Source: Bacillota bacterium (GTDB taxonomy: Bacteria; Bacillota; Ch66; Ch109). From it: a stretch of 64,000 bases of DNA. The position numbers and the translations under genes were made by a program. The first letter of the stretch is position 1. Each line of letters begins with the position of its first letter. Shown piece by piece: positions 1 to 9,330 of the stretch. Under the pieces are notes generated by a model. The model searched no databases, was not told the origin of the DNA, and was given only the letters and a program-made list of their open reading frames with translations. The stretch is taken from the NCBI GenBank assembly GCA_050952625.1, contig JBMNLH010000003.1:96001-160000 (forward strand). Reading direction: 5' to 3'.

Positions 1-594
1 TTCCTGGTTAAAAGGTCCATGAATATCCTGGCCGAACAGGATCTTTAAGCCGGCACACCGGGGCATGCCGGGGGACTTTCTGGCTTTGTCGATTTGGCCG
101 AACAGTATCTTTGAGTCGGGACACCGACAAAGGATTGATAGGCTCCCCGGAGTATGCCCAGGGGTATGTAAAAACTGGAATTCAATCTGCCCCATCGTAA
201 GGGTTTCTCGATCCTGCTTAATAACTCGATCTACTTTGACCGGCTGGTATTTTACGCCATACCAGTCGGCTGCCGTTAGAACCGGATTGCCATTTTCTAT
301 AGCATCAAGTTCCAGTTGATGGGCTAGCACTAAAGCACCGGTTTTCTCCTGTAAATATTTCAAACCACCAATATGATCTATATGACCATGGGTCACTAAA
401 ATATATTGAACACTATCCGGAGAAAAACCGCATTTTTCAATATTCTCAAGTATCCGCTCGCTTCTCTTTCCCGCTCCGGCATCAATTAACGCTAGCTTAT
501 TTTCGGATTCTACCAAATAAACACAGCAATCATCAGGGTGGGAAAGATAACTTCCCCCGACCTGGTACACCTGTGGACATATGCTTACTGCCAT
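1..594 (-). CDS. MBL-fold metallo-hydrolase (3' end runs off window)
   Basis: Manual translation from ATG at 594 (SD GGGAGGG upstream) gives MAVSICPQVYQVGG..THGHIDHIGG..HTPGHTPGS..FGQDIHGP. The frame is open to position 1; not in the ORF track. Confidence 0.9.
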   Translation of the reverse strand, partial: MAVSICPQVYQVGGSYLSHPDDCCVYLVESENKLALIDAGAGKRSERILENIEKCGFSPDSVQYILVTHGHIDHIGGLKYLQEKTGALVLAHQLELDAIENGNPVLTAADWYGVKYQPVKVDRVIKQDRETLTMGQIEFQFLHTPGHTPGSLSILCRCPDSKILFGQIDKARKSPGMPRCAGLKILFGQDIHGPFNQE

Positions 595-751
595 AACCAA
601 CCCTCCCTTAGATTTATTATATTATGTTATGTTCACGGCAAAGTTAGCCTATCCTGAATGGATTGGGTCGTCACTTAGTCAAACGCCCCTTCTTCTAGGC
701 CTACAAACTGGGATTACATTCAGTTTGTTGTATCGTTATTTTGTTCATTAT

Positions 752-929
752 TATTTATAGATACATGATTTCTCACCCTCTTTAACCATTCTATTTTCAC
801 TTTTTGAATTTCAATTCCGTACTCAATAATAAAAACGCGAAACCGATAAACCTTTTTATTTATATTAAATCCCAATCTATTTCCTAACCAATATAAATCG
901 TACACCTGATTAAAGTCAAATCATTTAAC
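752..929 (-). pseudogene. Internally deleted duplicate of the PadR gene and its promoter region
   Basis: 752-861 matches 7052-7161 (PadR 3' end) and 862-929 matches ~7612-7679 (upstream region); the ~450 bp between is missing. Confidence 0.85.
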
Positions 930-934
930 TAGGC

Positions 935-970
935 AGAAAACAAAAAGGCATCGTCCGAAAACGATGCTTT
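935..970 (-). terminator. Rho-independent terminator after the lipoprotein gene
   Basis: Minus-strand stem AAAGCATCGT-TTTCGG-ACGATGCCTT followed by a T-rich tract. Confidence 0.7.
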
Positions 971-1000
971 ATCTTATCGCAAACTGCTTTCAATACCGAA

Positions 1001-1510
1001 CTACTCCTTGATTTCATAAGTAATGGTTACAGACTTCTTTTCTGCATCATACATTAAAGTAATCATGGTTTTTTCGTCCTTTTTAGCCCCATAGCTGTAT
1101 ACTGCATCACTAGTAAGCTCATAAGAATCAGTAGTAAAACCCTGGGCTTTTATTTCCTCCAGGTATTGGTTAAAATCTTGTTGAGCAACTTCTTCCAACA
1201 TGATCATACAGTATTGTTCCGAATTCATCGTCGAAACCACAACGCCTTTGTTTAACTGAGGAATCTGCTGGGCGGCACCGCTGGCCGGCCATTTGGTTTC
1301 TCCAAAACTATATTCTTGTCCATCTTTGCCGGTGATAGTAACTTTATCGCCGTCCAAATCAACCTTGGCTTCTCCATCAATCGCTTTGTTAATTATTCCT
1401 TCGGAAACTGATTCGGCTATTTTTTCATTCATCTTTTCTTTAGCTCCGCAGCCGCCCAACGCTGCCATCAGGAAAACCATCAGTAAAATGGCTATTAATT
1501 TTTTCGACAT
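1001..1510 (-). CDS. Lipoprotein of unknown function
   Basis: Signal peptide with lipobox LGGC; 169 aa ORF. Confidence 0.8.
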   Translation of the reverse strand: MSKKLIAILLMVFLMAALGGCGAKEKMNEKIAESVSEGIINKAIDGEAKVDLDGDKVTITGKDGQEYSFGETKWPASGAAQQIPQLNKGVVVSTMNSEQYCMIMLEEVAQQDFNQYLEEIKAQGFTTDSYELTSDAVYSYGAKKDEKTMITLMYDAEKKSVTITYEIKE

Positions 1511-1574
1511 TTCAATATACCTCTTTTCTTATGATATTTCTTTATGAAAATTGATATTCTGACACCCGTGCCGG

Positions 1575-1934
1575 TTACTTTATCAACTGGTACTTACCAA
1601 TAATCGGAAGAACCTTATCCTTGCCGTTAAGACCATTTAGTAATCCGATAATCGCCATTATGAAAACTCCGAGCCCAAAAAAGGGCAGCAGTAGCCAGCC
1701 AATTACCGGGATAATGCTTAAAACAAAACTTCCTCCCAATGCCAGCAAAAACAACAGCAAACCCTGGTTGGCATGGTACCGACCAAAAGGGGAATTCGGG
1801 CAGACCAATAACGGCAGGAAAAAAATAAAATAAGCAAGTCCTGCCATAACCTTACTACTTTCAATATCTTCCGGGGTGAAAGTAGGAGTTTGCTTGGTCT
1901 TCGCTTGATTCACTTCTGCATTGAAATCCGTCAT
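1575..1934 (-). CDS. DUF4870-like small membrane protein
   Basis: LAY..FFLPL..S.FGRYHANQGL..LPIIG pattern; 3 TM segments; SD AGGAGG. Confidence 0.8.
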   Translation of the reverse strand: MTDFNAEVNQAKTKQTPTFTPEDIESSKVMAGLAYFIFFLPLLVCPNSPFGRYHANQGLLLFLLALGGSFVLSIIPVIGWLLLPFFGLGVFIMAIIGLLNGLNGKDKVLPIIGKYQLIK

Positions 1935-2008
1935 AATTAAACCTCCTTATTCATTATATTGACGGTATATTGACGGTTTAAAATATACCAATGTTTTTTG
2001 CAGAAGTA

Positions 2009-2051
2009 ATCACCCCCAGGGTGATAAACTAAAAATCACCTTGAGAGTGAT
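2009..2051. promoter_or_regulatory. Twin palindromic operator, putative LuxR-family site
   Basis: ATCACCC-CCA-GGGTGAT (2009-2025, perfect) and ATCAC-CTTGAGA-GTGAT (2035-2051) in a divergent intergenic region. Confidence 0.6.
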
Positions 2052-2167
2052 CAGGTTAATTTTGTATGATTTTGGATATCAAAAAAAAAGGATTATCAGG
2101 AAATGTGGCAAATTATTATCTACAAATTAAATGTTTGCCAAATAGCAATCTAATAAGAGGCAAGGAC

Positions 2168-3574
2168 ATGAAAAGATATTTTTTAGCTTTCGTATTGTTG
2201 ATTTGGCTTATTGTCTGCCCATTGGCTGGATGTGGCGAAGGTGCTAAGATCGATCCGGCTAATCCGGTAACCCTTAATTTGTGGCATAATTACGGTGGTC
2301 AGCTTAAAGAGACGATGGACAATATGGTAGATGAATTTAATGAAACCATCGGGATCGAAAAAGGTATTATAATTAATGTTACCTCTATTTCAGGCAGTGC
2401 TACTCTCCATGAAAAACTTACTATGGCCGCTCATGGTGACCCAGGTGCCCCTAACCTGCCTGATATCACCACTGCCTATCCAAAAACTGCTCTTATTCTG
2501 GCTAATAAAGGCCTATTAACTGACCTGAATAGTCAGTTTTCTGGCCAGGAATTATCAGCCTATATTCCGGAATTTTTAGCAGAAGGGCGGATAAACGGAG
2601 ACAGTCTTTATGTCTTCCCTACTGCTAAATCAACAGAAGTATTGTTTGTTAACACTACATTATTCAATAAGTTTGCTCGGGACACGGGAGCTAAAATCGA
2701 GGATCTAAAATCTTTTGAAGGGATTACCAGGACTGCTTCCCTTTATTATGAATGGACTGACCAGCAAACACCTGATGTGGCTGATGACGGTAAAATGTTC
2801 TATATGCCGGATTCACTATTTAATTTCGCCCTGATAGGTTGTAAACAACTGGGGGCAGAATTGATCAACGAAGGCAAATTTAACTTTTCGTCACCACAGT
2901 ATCAAAGGGTATGGGATTGTTATTATCAATCTGCCGTCTTAGGAAATTTCGCTATTTTTGACGGTTATGCTACCGATCTGGCGAAAACTGGTGATATAGT
3001 ATGTTCGACCGGATCAACTGCCGGAGTATCTTTTTTCTCTCCCACAGTGACTTATGCAGATAATACCTCTGAACCAGCTGAACTGGCTATCCTACCCTAC
3101 CCGGTTTTTGAAGGTGGTAAAAAAGCAGCTATTCAAAGAGGGGCCGGTATGTGTGTAATCAAATCCACACCCGAGAAAGAATACGCTGCCGCGGTGTTTT
3201 TGAAATGGTTTACCAGCCCGGAAAACAACTTACGCTTTGTTTCATGTACCGGCTATCTGCCCGTAACTAAAGAAGCTTTCGGGGAGATTATGTCCCAAGA
3301 GATAGAAAGCATGTCGAATGACAGTATCAAGAAACTGCTGCAAACCGCCAGGACCATGCAGCAAGAATATGAGTTTTACATTCCTCCATTGTTCGATGGG
3401 ATTGATGAACTGCAGAAGGAATATGAAAGCAAGCTTAGAGAATTAACCGCAAATTCACGCACATCTTATCTAAACAAGCTCTCTAACAGTGATAAAAACA
3501 CTGCTTATAAATCTGTGGCTCCGGTTGCCTTTGCTGATTTTGTAAACATAGACTTTCGAGAATCTAATTTGTAA
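2168..3574 (+). CDS. Extracellular solute-binding lipoprotein (SBP family 1-like)
   Basis: Start reset to MKRYFLAF (2168); lipobox LAGC; LWHNY..VDEFNET and FLKWFTSPENN..TGYLPV motifs. Confidence 0.85.
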   Translation: MKRYFLAFVLLIWLIVCPLAGCGEGAKIDPANPVTLNLWHNYGGQLKETMDNMVDEFNETIGIEKGIIINVTSISGSATLHEKLTMAAHGDPGAPNLPDITTAYPKTALILANKGLLTDLNSQFSGQELSAYIPEFLAEGRINGDSLYVFPTAKSTEVLFVNTTLFNKFARDTGAKIEDLKSFEGITRTASLYYEWTDQQTPDVADDGKMFYMPDSLFNFALIGCKQLGAELINEGKFNFSSPQYQRVWDCYYQSAVLGNFAIFDGYATDLAKTGDIVCSTGSTAGVSFFSPTVTYADNTSEPAELAILPYPVFEGGKKAAIQRGAGMCVIKSTPEKEYAAAVFLKWFTSPENNLRFVSCTGYLPVTKEAFGEIMSQEIESMSNDSIKKLLQTARTMQQEYEFYIPPLFDGIDELQKEYESKLRELTANSRTSYLNKLSNSDKNTAYKSVAPVAFADFVNIDFRESNL

Positions 3575-5220
3575 TGGAGCTTTTGCCATTGAAAACCACA
3601 CTGCAAAAGAAAAGCTATGAGCTGATAAACTGGTTGACCGCTTCAACCACATCGGGTATTCCCATGCTTATAAGGCTTTTTCTGTTCTTAATTGTATTAG
3701 TGGTTACCATTATTTTTGGTGTAATAGCTATCCTGTTGATTACAGGAACTTTTACCGCCGGTCTGGCTGAGAGCGAGAGATTGTTTAACAATGATCTCCT
3801 TCACGCTTCTGAAAAGATTTCCCGGCAATATGCTGAGCTTTCCGTACAAGCCATCGAATTTTCCAAAGAACTGTCCCATAATATTGAAAAAAAAGCGGAG
3901 CAGTTAGGCATATCCGTGTCTGATTTACCCAACCACCCCGATAAATTAGAAAAAATTGTATCGGATCAATTAGAGATCGCTTACTCCTCTCTGAAAAAGT
4001 GCAAAAGCAGCGGCATATTCTTCATCCTGGACGCTACTGTTAATCCCACTCTATCCAATGCGCAAAACTCCAAAGCCGGTTTATACCTGAAGAACATGGA
4101 GCCGAATATAATCAGTTCGTCTCATCCTAACATCATTGTCCTCCGAGGTTTTCCCAGCCTGGGACGCAATAACTCATTACCTCTGCATGCCCAGTGGAAA
4201 ATGGAATTTGATGTGGGCAATGCTCCTTATTATCAGCTTCCCATGGAAGCAGCCCGCGCTAACCAGGACCTGCCGTTATCCCGACTTTATTATTGGACAC
4301 CGGTGCTGACGTTGCCAGGAACTAGTGAGGAAATCATGATTTGCTCAGTGCCCTTAATTGATTCCCGAGGTAATGTTTTTGGTGTTTGCGGATTAGACAT
4401 AAGCAGTATGTTATTTAAGCTGTCACATCGGCCCCAAACCCACGTTTATAATCGGTCGTTTTATATCCTTGCTCCCTATCGCGAATCAACCATTGACCTG
4501 CGCGAGGCCATGGTAGCCGGAGGTTATTCCTCCAGGATTATGTCAATAAGCGAATCTCCCCTGACTATTTCCCAAACCAAGGGGGCTTTCTATTCTTACC
4601 ACCATCAGGGTAAGAACACTTTCTTCTGGGGGCTTCACACCCCGATATCCTTATATCCGAAGGGATCTGCTTTTGCTGACGAACAATGGATCGCAGCGGT
4701 CCTGGTTCCAGAAGAGGATATTGTGCAATCAATAACCCGCTTAAATGTACGGTTAATCTCGTGGCTGCTGCTCTTAGTTATCGTGGGAATAATCGCTTCA
4801 TTATTCATTAGCAAAAGATTCTTAAAGCCCATCTCCAAAGGGTTAGAGATTATCAAGTCAGAGGACTTAAGCGAAGTGCCCCGAACTAAAATACCAGAAA
4901 TAGACGATCTAATAGAATTCCTGGCCAACCGCAATGAAGTCCTGTATGAAGGAGCCAAGCAAAAAAACTTGTCCTTTAAGCTTCTCGATGAGTTCGCTAA
5001 GAATACAGAAAAACTCTCGCCTTCGGAGCGTTCAGTATATAACCTCTATGCCCAGGGATATACTGCCAAAGAAATCGCCGAAACACTCTGTCTCAGTATA
5101 AATACCATCAAAACCCATACCAAACATATTTATGCCAAACTCAATATTACCTCTCGCGAGGAGCTCCTCTTATATGTTAACTTGCTGCGAGAGATAGATA
5201 AAACAACTAGCCTTTTATAA
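3574..5220 (+). CDS. Membrane-anchored LuxR-family regulator (TM - Cache-like sensor - TM - LuxR HTH)
   Basis: Two hydrophobic helices flank a ~330 aa domain containing CSVPLIDSRGNVFGVCGLDI; C-terminal LSPSERSVY..GYTAKEIAETLCLSINTIKTHTKHIYAKL. Confidence 0.85.
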   Translation: MELLPLKTTLQKKSYELINWLTASTTSGIPMLIRLFLFLIVLVVTIIFGVIAILLITGTFTAGLAESERLFNNDLLHASEKISRQYAELSVQAIEFSKELSHNIEKKAEQLGISVSDLPNHPDKLEKIVSDQLEIAYSSLKKCKSSGIFFILDATVNPTLSNAQNSKAGLYLKNMEPNIISSSHPNIIVLRGFPSLGRNNSLPLHAQWKMEFDVGNAPYYQLPMEAARANQDLPLSRLYYWTPVLTLPGTSEEIMICSVPLIDSRGNVFGVCGLDISSMLFKLSHRPQTHVYNRSFYILAPYRESTIDLREAMVAGGYSSRIMSISESPLTISQTKGAFYSYHHQGKNTFFWGLHTPISLYPKGSAFADEQWIAAVLVPEEDIVQSITRLNVRLISWLLLLVIVGIIASLFISKRFLKPISKGLEIIKSEDLSEVPRTKIPEIDDLIEFLANRNEVLYEGAKQKNLSFKLLDEFAKNTEKLSPSERSVYNLYAQGYTAKEIAETLCLSINTIKTHTKHIYAKLNITSREELLLYVNLLREIDKTTSLL

Positions 5221-6412
5221 CTGCTATTGTCTTAAGTTTTTTGATCGGCTCGATCAAATCTAGCTCTTGCTCTATTACAAAATTAATATCTTTATAGGCA
5301 AACCTTGATTCTTCTGAAACATCGCCATGCTTTTGCTTCCCAAGGATCACCCCTTGTTCCTTTAAGTCAGCCAGGGTTTTTTCTACCGGAAACTGTTTTT
5401 TAGCTTGCCTTCTGCCTAGTTTCCTACCTGCTCCATGACTGCATGAATAAAAGCTCACCGGGTTACCTTTGCCTCTTACTATGTACGAGTAACTGCCCAT
5501 GGCTCCCGGAATAATTCCTAATTCACCTTCTTTAACCCTTATTGCTCCTTTTCGATGTACCCAAACCTTTTTATCGTAATGGCGTTCTACAGCAGCATAA
5601 TTATGGTGAGCATTCACTTCGTTGCTGAATTCAATGTGCGGGATTTTCTTGGCTAAATGATTTTTCACTACTTCAAGCATAATCTGTCTATTTTCTTGAG
5701 CAAACTCTAAAGCTAGCGTCATCCATGAGATATAAGCATTAGCCAGTTCAGTTTCAACTGGCAAAAATGCCAGATCATATTCCTTTGGGACAGGGGCAGA
5801 AATTTTTTTGTTAAATTCCTTGGCTTTCTGGTTATAATAATTCGCCACCTTATACCCAAAGTTTCTGCTACCGCTATGCAACATGAGACACAGTTTGCCG
5901 GCTTCGTCTTCCTGCAATTCAATAAAATGGTTACCGCCGCCCAATGTGCCAATTTGATAGTATCCTTCTTCTATTTGCGGCAATCCTTCCGGCAGAGTCT
6001 TATGTTTCAATGATTGGGCAAAGTCCGACTGTTCCAAAATTTTGCATTTTTGCTTTTTCGGGTGATGGTTAAAACCAGTTGGAATATCCCGCATAATCTG
6101 CTTGACTAAATCCTGGTACATGCCAGTTGTTATTTCGTTCTTGTGGATATTGGTTTCTACAAAAGCCACGCCACAGCCAATATCTACCCCAACGGCATTC
6201 GGTATAATCACATCTTCTACTGCTACGACACCACCGATAGGCATCCCATAGCCTTGATGGGTATCCGGCATTAAAGCTACCCATTTATAGGTAAAAGGCA
6301 AGTTGGCTAAGTTTAATGCCTGCTGCAAACAACCTTCTTCCACCTGCTCTATATTTTCTAACCATACCTTAATTGGCACCCGTTGCTTGTTTTTCTCGTA
6401 AATTACAAACAT
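5207..6412 (-). CDS. rtcB: RtcB family RNA ligase
   Basis: MPDTHQGYGMPIG, GVDIGCG, GTLGGGNHFIE, HSGSR, HRKGA and SCSHGAGR motifs. Confidence 0.95.
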   Translation of the reverse strand: MFVIYEKNKQRVPIKVWLENIEQVEEGCLQQALNLANLPFTYKWVALMPDTHQGYGMPIGGVVAVEDVIIPNAVGVDIGCGVAFVETNIHKNEITTGMYQDLVKQIMRDIPTGFNHHPKKQKCKILEQSDFAQSLKHKTLPEGLPQIEEGYYQIGTLGGGNHFIELQEDEAGKLCLMLHSGSRNFGYKVANYYNQKAKEFNKKISAPVPKEYDLAFLPVETELANAYISWMTLALEFAQENRQIMLEVVKNHLAKKIPHIEFSNEVNAHHNYAAVERHYDKKVWVHRKGAIRVKEGELGIIPGAMGSYSYIVRGKGNPVSFYSCSHGAGRKLGRRQAKKQFPVEKTLADLKEQGVILGKQKHGDVSEESRFAYKDINFVIEQELDLIEPIKKLKTIAVIKG

Positions 6413-6555
6413 TACTTTAGCTCCTTGACCTTTCTTAAATTATTGTTTATCCAAGTTAAGTATTGTTAAGTACATAAATTTTAAGTACATAAACAGCGAT
6501 AGCCCACCGTTAACCCGTCGTTAACCCATCCTTAACCCACCGTCAACTTAATCCT

Positions 6556-6759
6556 TTAATACTTCAGCAAATGTTCGTAGTCTCTTATCAGCCTCTTTAA
6601 AATGAGAGGGTCTAATTTGCCGTCACACTTTTTTGGTTCTCCGTAATTAGGACAATTTTTACAAAAATCCTTAGTTAATACTTTGCCGGTAGTATCGAAA
6701 ACAAAATTATAACAATCGGTTATTACTACACACCTAAAAGCAGAGCCAGCAGAACCCAT
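6556..6759 (-). CDS. Small Cys-rich hypothetical protein
   Basis: ATG 6759 with SD GGGGGA; 67 aa with CxxC (CKNC) and further Cys. Confidence 0.55.
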   Translation of the reverse strand: MGSAGSAFRCVVITDCYNFVFDTTGKVLTKDFCKNCPNYGEPKKCDGKLDPLILKRLIRDYEHLLKY

Positions 6760-6860
6760 ACATATCCCCCCTAATTTCATCTTCCCGAATGCAATAAGGC
6801 TCATCCCTAGAATATATTAAAGCAGCCAAAAACTAAACTCAAAACCTTATTATTAAAAGC

Positions 6861-6912
6861 AAAACCGCTTTCTTGCCTAGTGGTTTGAAAACGGTGTTTG
6901 TCAACAGTCTGA
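6861..6912 (+). mobile_element. Possible isolated IS1182-family terminal remnant
   Basis: Ends in GTTTGTCAACAGTCTGA, resembling IS1182-type termini; no transposase or partner end seen. Confidence 0.3.
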
Positions 6913-7046
6913 TCTTCATCAAAATAGTAATTATAATAGGCATGATCGCCCCGGTTTTCTTGCCAATGAAAAAATCGCGTATTAATTTAACCGCTTAAGA
7001 ATAACAACTTCCTCTTCCTGGGTGGATAAACGTTTGTCAATTTCTT

Positions 7047-7595
7047 TTAATAATTTATAGATACATGATTTCTTAACCTCTTTAACCATTCTATTTTTGC
7101 TTTTTGAATTTCAATTCCGTACTCAATAATAAAAACGCGAAACTGATCAACCTTTTTATTTAACATACTGTCCCGGGCCTTAACAAAGTTCGTATATTTC
7201 TCTTCCATCAGTTTAAGCTGGCGATCTAGTTTTTCTAAAACTTCCTGATTACTTAACTTATTAAAATGATTTACCTTATTCAGGAAAGCATACTTGCTAT
7301 AGAAATCATAACGAATATTCTCGTTTTCTTCAGTATCTGATCTCAACCAGTTATCAAAATCTGCTTCCCCTAGGGGAGTAATTTTGATTAGTTTACGGTT
7401 GGGGGTTTTGTCTTGTTGAACGACTTCCCGAACAATTAAACCTTCCTCTTCCATCTTTTTGATCAAAGTATACAACTGTCCTTTATTTATTTCCGGGCCT
7501 TGTTCGGCAAAGTCTCGCTGCACAACCCGCAGTATATCGTAACCATACGCGGGAAACTCCTTGACTAATCCTAGGATCATGTACTTCAAACTCAC
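7047..7595 (-). CDS. PadR-family transcriptional regulator
   Basis: LKYMILGL..YGYDI..GQLYTLIKKMEEEGLI..ITPLGE winged helix; start reset to GTG 7595 after GGGGG SD. Confidence 0.9.
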   Translation of the reverse strand: MSLKYMILGLVKEFPAYGYDILRVVQRDFAEQGPEINKGQLYTLIKKMEEEGLIVREVVQQDKTPNRKLIKITPLGEADFDNWLRSDTEENENIRYDFYSKYAFLNKVNHFNKLSNQEVLEKLDRQLKLMEEKYTNFVKARDSMLNKKVDQFRVFIIEYGIEIQKAKIEWLKRLRNHVSINY

Positions 7596-7814
7596 TACTT
7601 TAACCCCCATGTATATTAATCTCAATCTATTTCCTAATTAATATAAATTGTTATTTGATTAAAGTCAAATCATTTAACAAAGGTATTGACATTTTACAAG
7701 AAATGCCTGTATGATATTTATATACTATATTATAACTATACTAGTCAAGGCACTACTACCTTCAAAGATTACGGCTGTTAACAGAAAAATATGTATCAAC
7801 TTCGACCAAAAAGC

Positions 7815-7858
7815 TAGTCATTTTCATCCGTGGTTGTGCCTAGCGGACATGGGTGGTT
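7815..7858 (-). repeat. Dispersed 44-bp repeat (copy 1; GGCACAACCACGGATGAAAAT core)
   Basis: Reverse complement matches 46437-46480 at 40/44 positions. Confidence 0.85.
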
Positions 7859-7876
7859 AGTAGCTAAAAACTGTGA

Positions 7877-7981
7877 ACCGCAGGCACTACGGAGATAGCT
7901 GTGGACTTTTGTAAGATTTTTGCTTCCGAAAGCTGAAAGCAATGAAACAGGAATCCCGCTAAATTTTCGTGAGAGGTTGAA
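7877..7981 (+). mobile_element. IS200/IS605 tnpB 3'-end / right-end (omegaRNA-like) remnant
   Basis: ACCGCAGGCACTACGGAGATAGC..TGTGGA..GTAAGA..GAAACAGGAATCCC..CGTGAGAGGTTGAA follows the usual tnpB tail and right-end layout; no tnpB ORF. Confidence 0.55.
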
Positions 7982-8011
7982 TGGTAAATCATTTAATGGG
8001 GAGGGGTTTTA

Positions 8012-9085
8012 ATGCATCATTATCACAAACTTCAGGAATTGCTTAATACTCATCCAGTTGGTGCCCCCAAAAGTGAAGAATTTATAGAAATCTTAAAAAT
8101 CCTCTTTCAACCGGGGGAAGTTGAACTAGCTTTAATGCTGGACTTTAAGTTAAAAAAAGCTACCGAAATAGCTAAGGAAGCGAATATTCCCCCAGAAGAG
8201 GCTGTCCAAAAACTTGAAGCCATGGCGGACAGAGGATCCATTCTAGCCAAGACAGTTAAGGGTGAACCGGCTTATGCTCTTCTTCCCAATTACCCGGGAT
8301 TGTTTGAGTACCCCGTTATGAAAGGTGGGGATAGGGCTACCCAGGCTAAACTGGCTCAGCTTTGGCAAGCTTACTACATGAAAGCGATGGCGGCAGAATT
8401 ATCTCTGGCTAACCCACCCTGGTTAAGGGTTGTCCCAGTCGAGGAAGCCATAACAGAAGAATTCGAGATTCTGCCTTTTGAAGCAGCCTCGCAGATGATG
8501 TCGACAGCAAAAAAGATTGCTCTCGGCAATTGTCCTTGCCGGACCACTGAGCAAAAGTGTGACAGACCTATCAATGTATGTTTGGCTTTTAATGGCGCAG
8601 CTGATTTTATGGCCGAAAGGGGAATAGCCAGGGAAATATCACTTGACGAAGCAATCGAAGTTTTGAAAAGAGCGGAAGAAGCAGGGCTGGTGCACTCTGG
8701 TAGTAATAATCAAAATGATCTTCTTTTTATCTGCAACTGCTGCCCTTGCTGCTGTCATATGCTAAGGCTGATAACAGAACATAATAACCCTAACGGATTA
8801 GCTAAATCCAGTTATTTGGCCAAAATAGATGCCCCTGAATGTATCGGGTGCGGAATATGCGCAGAAGAACGTTGCCCGGTCAAGGCGATAGAAATGAGAG
8901 AGGATATCGCGATACTGAATAACGATAAGTGTATTGGTTGCGGTCTCTGCGTCTCAAAATGCCCGACTAACGCTATTTCCCTGATAAAGCGCGGCAACTA
9001 TGAGTACCCACCAGAAACGGTGAAGGAGCTGTCTATTAGGGTGGTAAAAAACAAGAAGCAGGCTCTAATCAATCCCATAGGATAA
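8012..9085 (+). CDS. 4Fe-4S dicluster protein with N-terminal HTH-like and Cys-rich domains
   Basis: CPCR..C..C, ICNCCPCCC, and two ferredoxin motifs (CIGCGICAEERCP, CIGCGLCVSKCP). Confidence 0.88.
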   Translation: MHHYHKLQELLNTHPVGAPKSEEFIEILKILFQPGEVELALMLDFKLKKATEIAKEANIPPEEAVQKLEAMADRGSILAKTVKGEPAYALLPNYPGLFEYPVMKGGDRATQAKLAQLWQAYYMKAMAAELSLANPPWLRVVPVEEAITEEFEILPFEAASQMMSTAKKIALGNCPCRTTEQKCDRPINVCLAFNGAADFMAERGIAREISLDEAIEVLKRAEEAGLVHSGSNNQNDLLFICNCCPCCCHMLRLITEHNNPNGLAKSSYLAKIDAPECIGCGICAEERCPVKAIEMREDIAILNNDKCIGCGLCVSKCPTNAISLIKRGNYEYPPETVKELSIRVVKNKKQALINPIG

Positions 9086-9307
9086 TCTTCGCGCTAATTT
9101 GCCTAAATAATTCATCAAGCCAAAGCTTCCAATCTTTGATACTATTAAATTCAACTTTCCGACGTTTTCATCTTCTATATATACTTCATGTTCCTTAGGA
9201 GTTAACGTAGCTAAGATTAATAAGGCAATGGAAGGTGACATAACCCTTTTAAACTCAGAGTCCATCGGCCTTAATGTCATTTTGGGGGAAATCAATTTTA
9301 TTTTCAT
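9065..9307 (-). pseudogene. B12-binding radical SAM gene with large in-frame internal deletion
   Basis: N-terminus MKIKLISPKM..SPSIALLILATLTP..HEVYIEDEN is typical of the family. No CxxxCxxC; only 80 aa. Confidence 0.65.
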
Positions 9308-9330
9308 ATAGACCTCGAATATATGTCATG

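Noticed and set aside
720-905. 61-aa ORF as a real protein
   Set aside because: It is the PadR C-terminus read in from duplicated promoter DNA across a deletion junction.
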